A DNA stretch of 64,000 bases from Nitrospirota bacterium (GTDB taxonomy: Bacteria; Nitrospirota; UBA9217). This document shows positions 61,368-64,000 of this stretch, one piece after another. Below the pieces are notes generated by a model. That model saw nothing but the letters and a program-made list of their open reading frames with translations. It was not told the origin of the DNA and searched no databases. Numbering within the stretch: the first letter of the stretch is position 1; the number at the start of each line of letters is the position of its first letter. The DNA is taken from positions 1,233,631 to 1,297,630 of the forward strand of contig CAWJQQ010000009.1 in NCBI GenBank assembly GCA_963845065.1, given 5' to 3'. A program made the position numbers and the translations under genes.

Positions 61368-62351
61368 ATGCAAGCTCTTCGCCAAAAAATTAACATTCGG
61401 AATCTTCAGATCAGCCCACCCCTGCTGCTGGCACCAATGGCAGGCCTTTCTCATAGCGCTTTGCGACAGATTATTTTCGACTTTGGCGGAGTCGGCCTTT
61501 TATCAACGGAAATGCTCTCAGCAAAAAGACTGCCCACCGAATGCGCTCGGGTATCCCCATACCTTATCAGGATTGCATCGGAAAAACCGCTTTCCTATCA
61601 GCTATTGATTTCCACGGCCAGAGAGATAGCCGCGGCCATAGATGTACTTCATAAACTGAAGGCCGATGCTGTTGATTTGAACATGGGCTGCCCGGCTCCC
61701 ACAGTCAGCAAAATCGGTGCCGGCATCAGGCTGATGGAACAACCGGAAAATGTCCGCAGCATCGTTGCGGAGGCAAGAAAACGTACCACACTTCCGCTCA
61801 CCGCAAAAATCCGAATCGGCATCGAACTCAACGACAATAAATTAAAGACATTCTGCACCATGCTTGAAGATGAGGGCATTGACATGATCTCGGTCCACGC
61901 CCGGCTCAAAAAGGAATCCTTTGCCAGAAAGCCGCGATGGGAATGTATTGCTAAAATTAAGGAATGGCTTCATATCCCCGTTGTCGCCAATGGTGGGATA
62001 TTCTCGGTCCAAGATGCGGAAAATTGTCTGCGCATCTCCGGCGCCGACGGTCTTATGCTCGGACGTGGGGCAGCGACACAACCTTGGCTTTTTGCGGAAA
62101 TAGCCAGAGACTTATGCGGCTGCACAATTGCGAAACCAATAGTGTCTTTGCCGACGGTTTATAACAACTTTATCAATCACCTTAACGAGCTTTTCCGGCC
62201 TGAATACCGACTGGGCAGGCTTAAAGAATTCACCCATTATTTTGCCCAAAATTATAAATTCGGGCACCACCTGGCATCCAAAGTCCAAACCAGCACCAGT
62301 GTAGATGAAGCAAGAGAAATGGCCGCTCTTTTTTTTGAAAATGGCACTTAA
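61368..62351 (+). CDS. dus: tRNA-dihydrouridine synthase family protein
   Basis: LAPMAG, DLNMGCP, KIRIG, VHAR, ANGGI, GLMLGRG. Confidence 0.9.
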   Translation: MQALRQKINIRNLQISPPLLLAPMAGLSHSALRQIIFDFGGVGLLSTEMLSAKRLPTECARVSPYLIRIASEKPLSYQLLISTAREIAAAIDVLHKLKADAVDLNMGCPAPTVSKIGAGIRLMEQPENVRSIVAEARKRTTLPLTAKIRIGIELNDNKLKTFCTMLEDEGIDMISVHARLKKESFARKPRWECIAKIKEWLHIPVVANGGIFSVQDAENCLRISGADGLMLGRGAATQPWLFAEIARDLCGCTIAKPIVSLPTVYNNFINHLNELFRPEYRLGRLKEFTHYFAQNYKFGHHLASKVQTSTSVDEAREMAALFFENGT

Positions 62352-62689
62352 TGCAAGTGACCTTACTAGTCCGTAAACCCTGATGACAGGTAACTGTCTT
62401 ATGAAACTGTCTAAACGATAGCTTTATCCTTATGATAATACTCCCCTGAAATAAGGGAGGACCAGCTAAAGCAATTCTCCAAAAAATACTCCTCTTTTGT
62501 TCTTTATCTTATTGTGAATTTCAATTATAATTCATATTATAGTCTTAGACTATTTTTGACCCAGTTCAGTATTTCCGCGAAAATGAGTAGGTATCGAATA
62601 AACAGACGTACAATAATATACCTGTGCGTGATATTATTCAGCTAATTTAATACAATTATGGTTGTATGTGCTTTAGAGGGGTCCCTGGT

Positions 62690-63412
62690 ATGCAGCAGGA
62701 TAAAAGGCGGTATAAGAGATACAGGCTGGAATTGGTGGACGTAAACGGGAAAATGAGCTTGGCTGATAAAGTGGAAATCATTGATGTAAGCCTCGGTGGA
62801 GTATCCCTGCGGGTTGATCGTAGACTCAACCCAGGCAGGGAATACTTGCTCAAGCTGGGAGACAAAGTAAGAAGTTTCGATTTGAAGTGCATCGTGGTGC
62901 GGTCGGAATTAAGTGGAATTGAGGAAAAGATCACCGGCGAACGGGTCATGATCTACACGGCAGGGATGAGATTCAAGGAGAGTTCATCGAGTCAGATAGC
63001 GGAATTTTTTAAATCGATCGAACTAGTTAAAAAAATGTCCTCGACTTCAGAATCCGATCGCAGGATTGATATACGGTTCGTTATTCATACCCCCGGCGAG
63101 AAGATATTGAGTTATCCAGCTCAGTTCAAAGTTAAGGATGTCAGCCTGTGCGGTGTCCTGATCCAGACTGATGTGAACCTTGCATTGCAAAGTATCATCC
63201 CAATGGAACTCGCTCTCCATGACAATAATTTTGTGCATTTTAACGGAAGGGTTGCTTCGACTCGCATGTATGAAGAGCATAGTGAGGAGCGCTACGATAT
63301 CGGTGTGGAGTTTTCCGATCTCTCGGAAGAGGGGACTGTACTGCTCAAATCATTCATCGACTATCTGGCAAAGTCGGAAACGAAAACCCGGGCAGGCGAG
63401 GTGGACGCGTAA
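62690..63412 (+). CDS. Tandem PilZ-domain protein
   Basis: RRYKR..DVSLGG and RRIDIR..DVSLCG c-di-GMP motifs; AGMRF and IGVEF. Confidence 0.85.
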   Translation: MQQDKRRYKRYRLELVDVNGKMSLADKVEIIDVSLGGVSLRVDRRLNPGREYLLKLGDKVRSFDLKCIVVRSELSGIEEKITGERVMIYTAGMRFKESSSSQIAEFFKSIELVKKMSSTSESDRRIDIRFVIHTPGEKILSYPAQFKVKDVSLCGVLIQTDVNLALQSIIPMELALHDNNFVHFNGRVASTRMYEEHSEERYDIGVEFSDLSEEGTVLLKSFIDYLAKSETKTRAGEVDA

Positions 63413-63492
63413 TGCCACTGGAGGGGAATTACAGAGTGGTCATAAAGAATTGAATATTCAGAAAACTGGCCTAGGGATTCAGTGATAGGCCA

Positions 63493-64000
63493 GTGGAAAA
63501 GGCGCTATTGTTGCTCAAATCTACGATTTATGCGTCAGTAGGAATCGCGCTTGCCCAATTTCTGAACGTTAGCACGGTGACGCCGATGATAATGACGCCG
63601 GCTTTCCTTCTCTGCTTTTTTCCTATTTCGATTAACTGGCCGACATCTCAATGCGTTATCAGTGGTCATGATAGCGTTAGCACCGACTACAATGAAGGCG
63701 GTAAAGATATTGAGGATGTGGCAGTTCTCATCTTCTGTGGTGCTGCTGCAAGACGAGATCTGGCCAAGTATTTCTGGCCGGGTCTTTTTATTTTCTTTGC
63801 ACAAGACGCAGGTCTCCTGTCAGCATCATAGTGTCATAGCTTTCATCGGTGAGTTTCTCTCATACAGATGAACAATGTATTTGTTCGTTACAGCTCATTT
63901 GGCGTGCCGCGCTCAGCATGTGGAAGTGCCGGGATAAAGGACTTTCACGATCTTAGCCTATCACTTGGTAATGGTGGGCGTGGTCATCACAACAATCAAC
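63493..64000 (+). pseudogene. Possible decayed membrane transporter fragment
   Basis: Hydrophobic segments are scattered over several frames with no continuous ORF. Confidence 0.25.

Noticed and set aside
1..64000. CRISPR array or cas genes near the TnpB-like nucleases
   Set aside because: No regularly spaced 25-40 bp direct repeats were seen; all three TnpBs sit within IS ends, so they are not Cas12 effectors

Overview
This is bacterial chromosomal DNA of about 47-50% GC by eye. The gene order (glmU-glmS-pcrA-gatC-panD-gatA-gatB, plus a Geobacter-like pulMNOPQ-G-G secretion cluster) suggests a Nitrospirota or deltaproteobacterium-like anaerobe, which is an inference. Housekeeping and metabolic genes include rodZ, copA, pfkB, pgk, ndk, an ilvB-like gene, a gcvT-like gene, mtnA, phoU, pstB, phoR, phoB, cspA, HU and dus. 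They are interleaved with a dense set of mobile elements. (i) A tnpB-only IS200/IS605 element sits inside a decayed IS4 transposase. (ii) An IS1634 carrying a divergent accessory gene and an IS1380 are inserted 8 bp apart, with overlapping target duplications, into the left end of an IS607 remnant, which is followed by a nitroreductase. (iii) A complete IS607 encodes a large atypical TnpB. (iv) A complete IS605 carries tnpA and tnpB. (v) Several non-coding IS200/IS605 miniatures are present. The insertion nest replaces pstS and most of pstC, and pstA has decayed. The most interesting signal is a TnpB/omega-RNA ecosystem. Two same-subfamily TnpBs have different TAMs whose end sequences obey the IS608 guide base-pairing rule. 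A 400-bp mini-element at 58607-59005 has lost the nuclease gene but kept the tnpB 3' tail and omega-RNA scaffold, making it a candidate trans-acting guide RNA locus. No CRISPR array, rRNA or tRNA was recognised.
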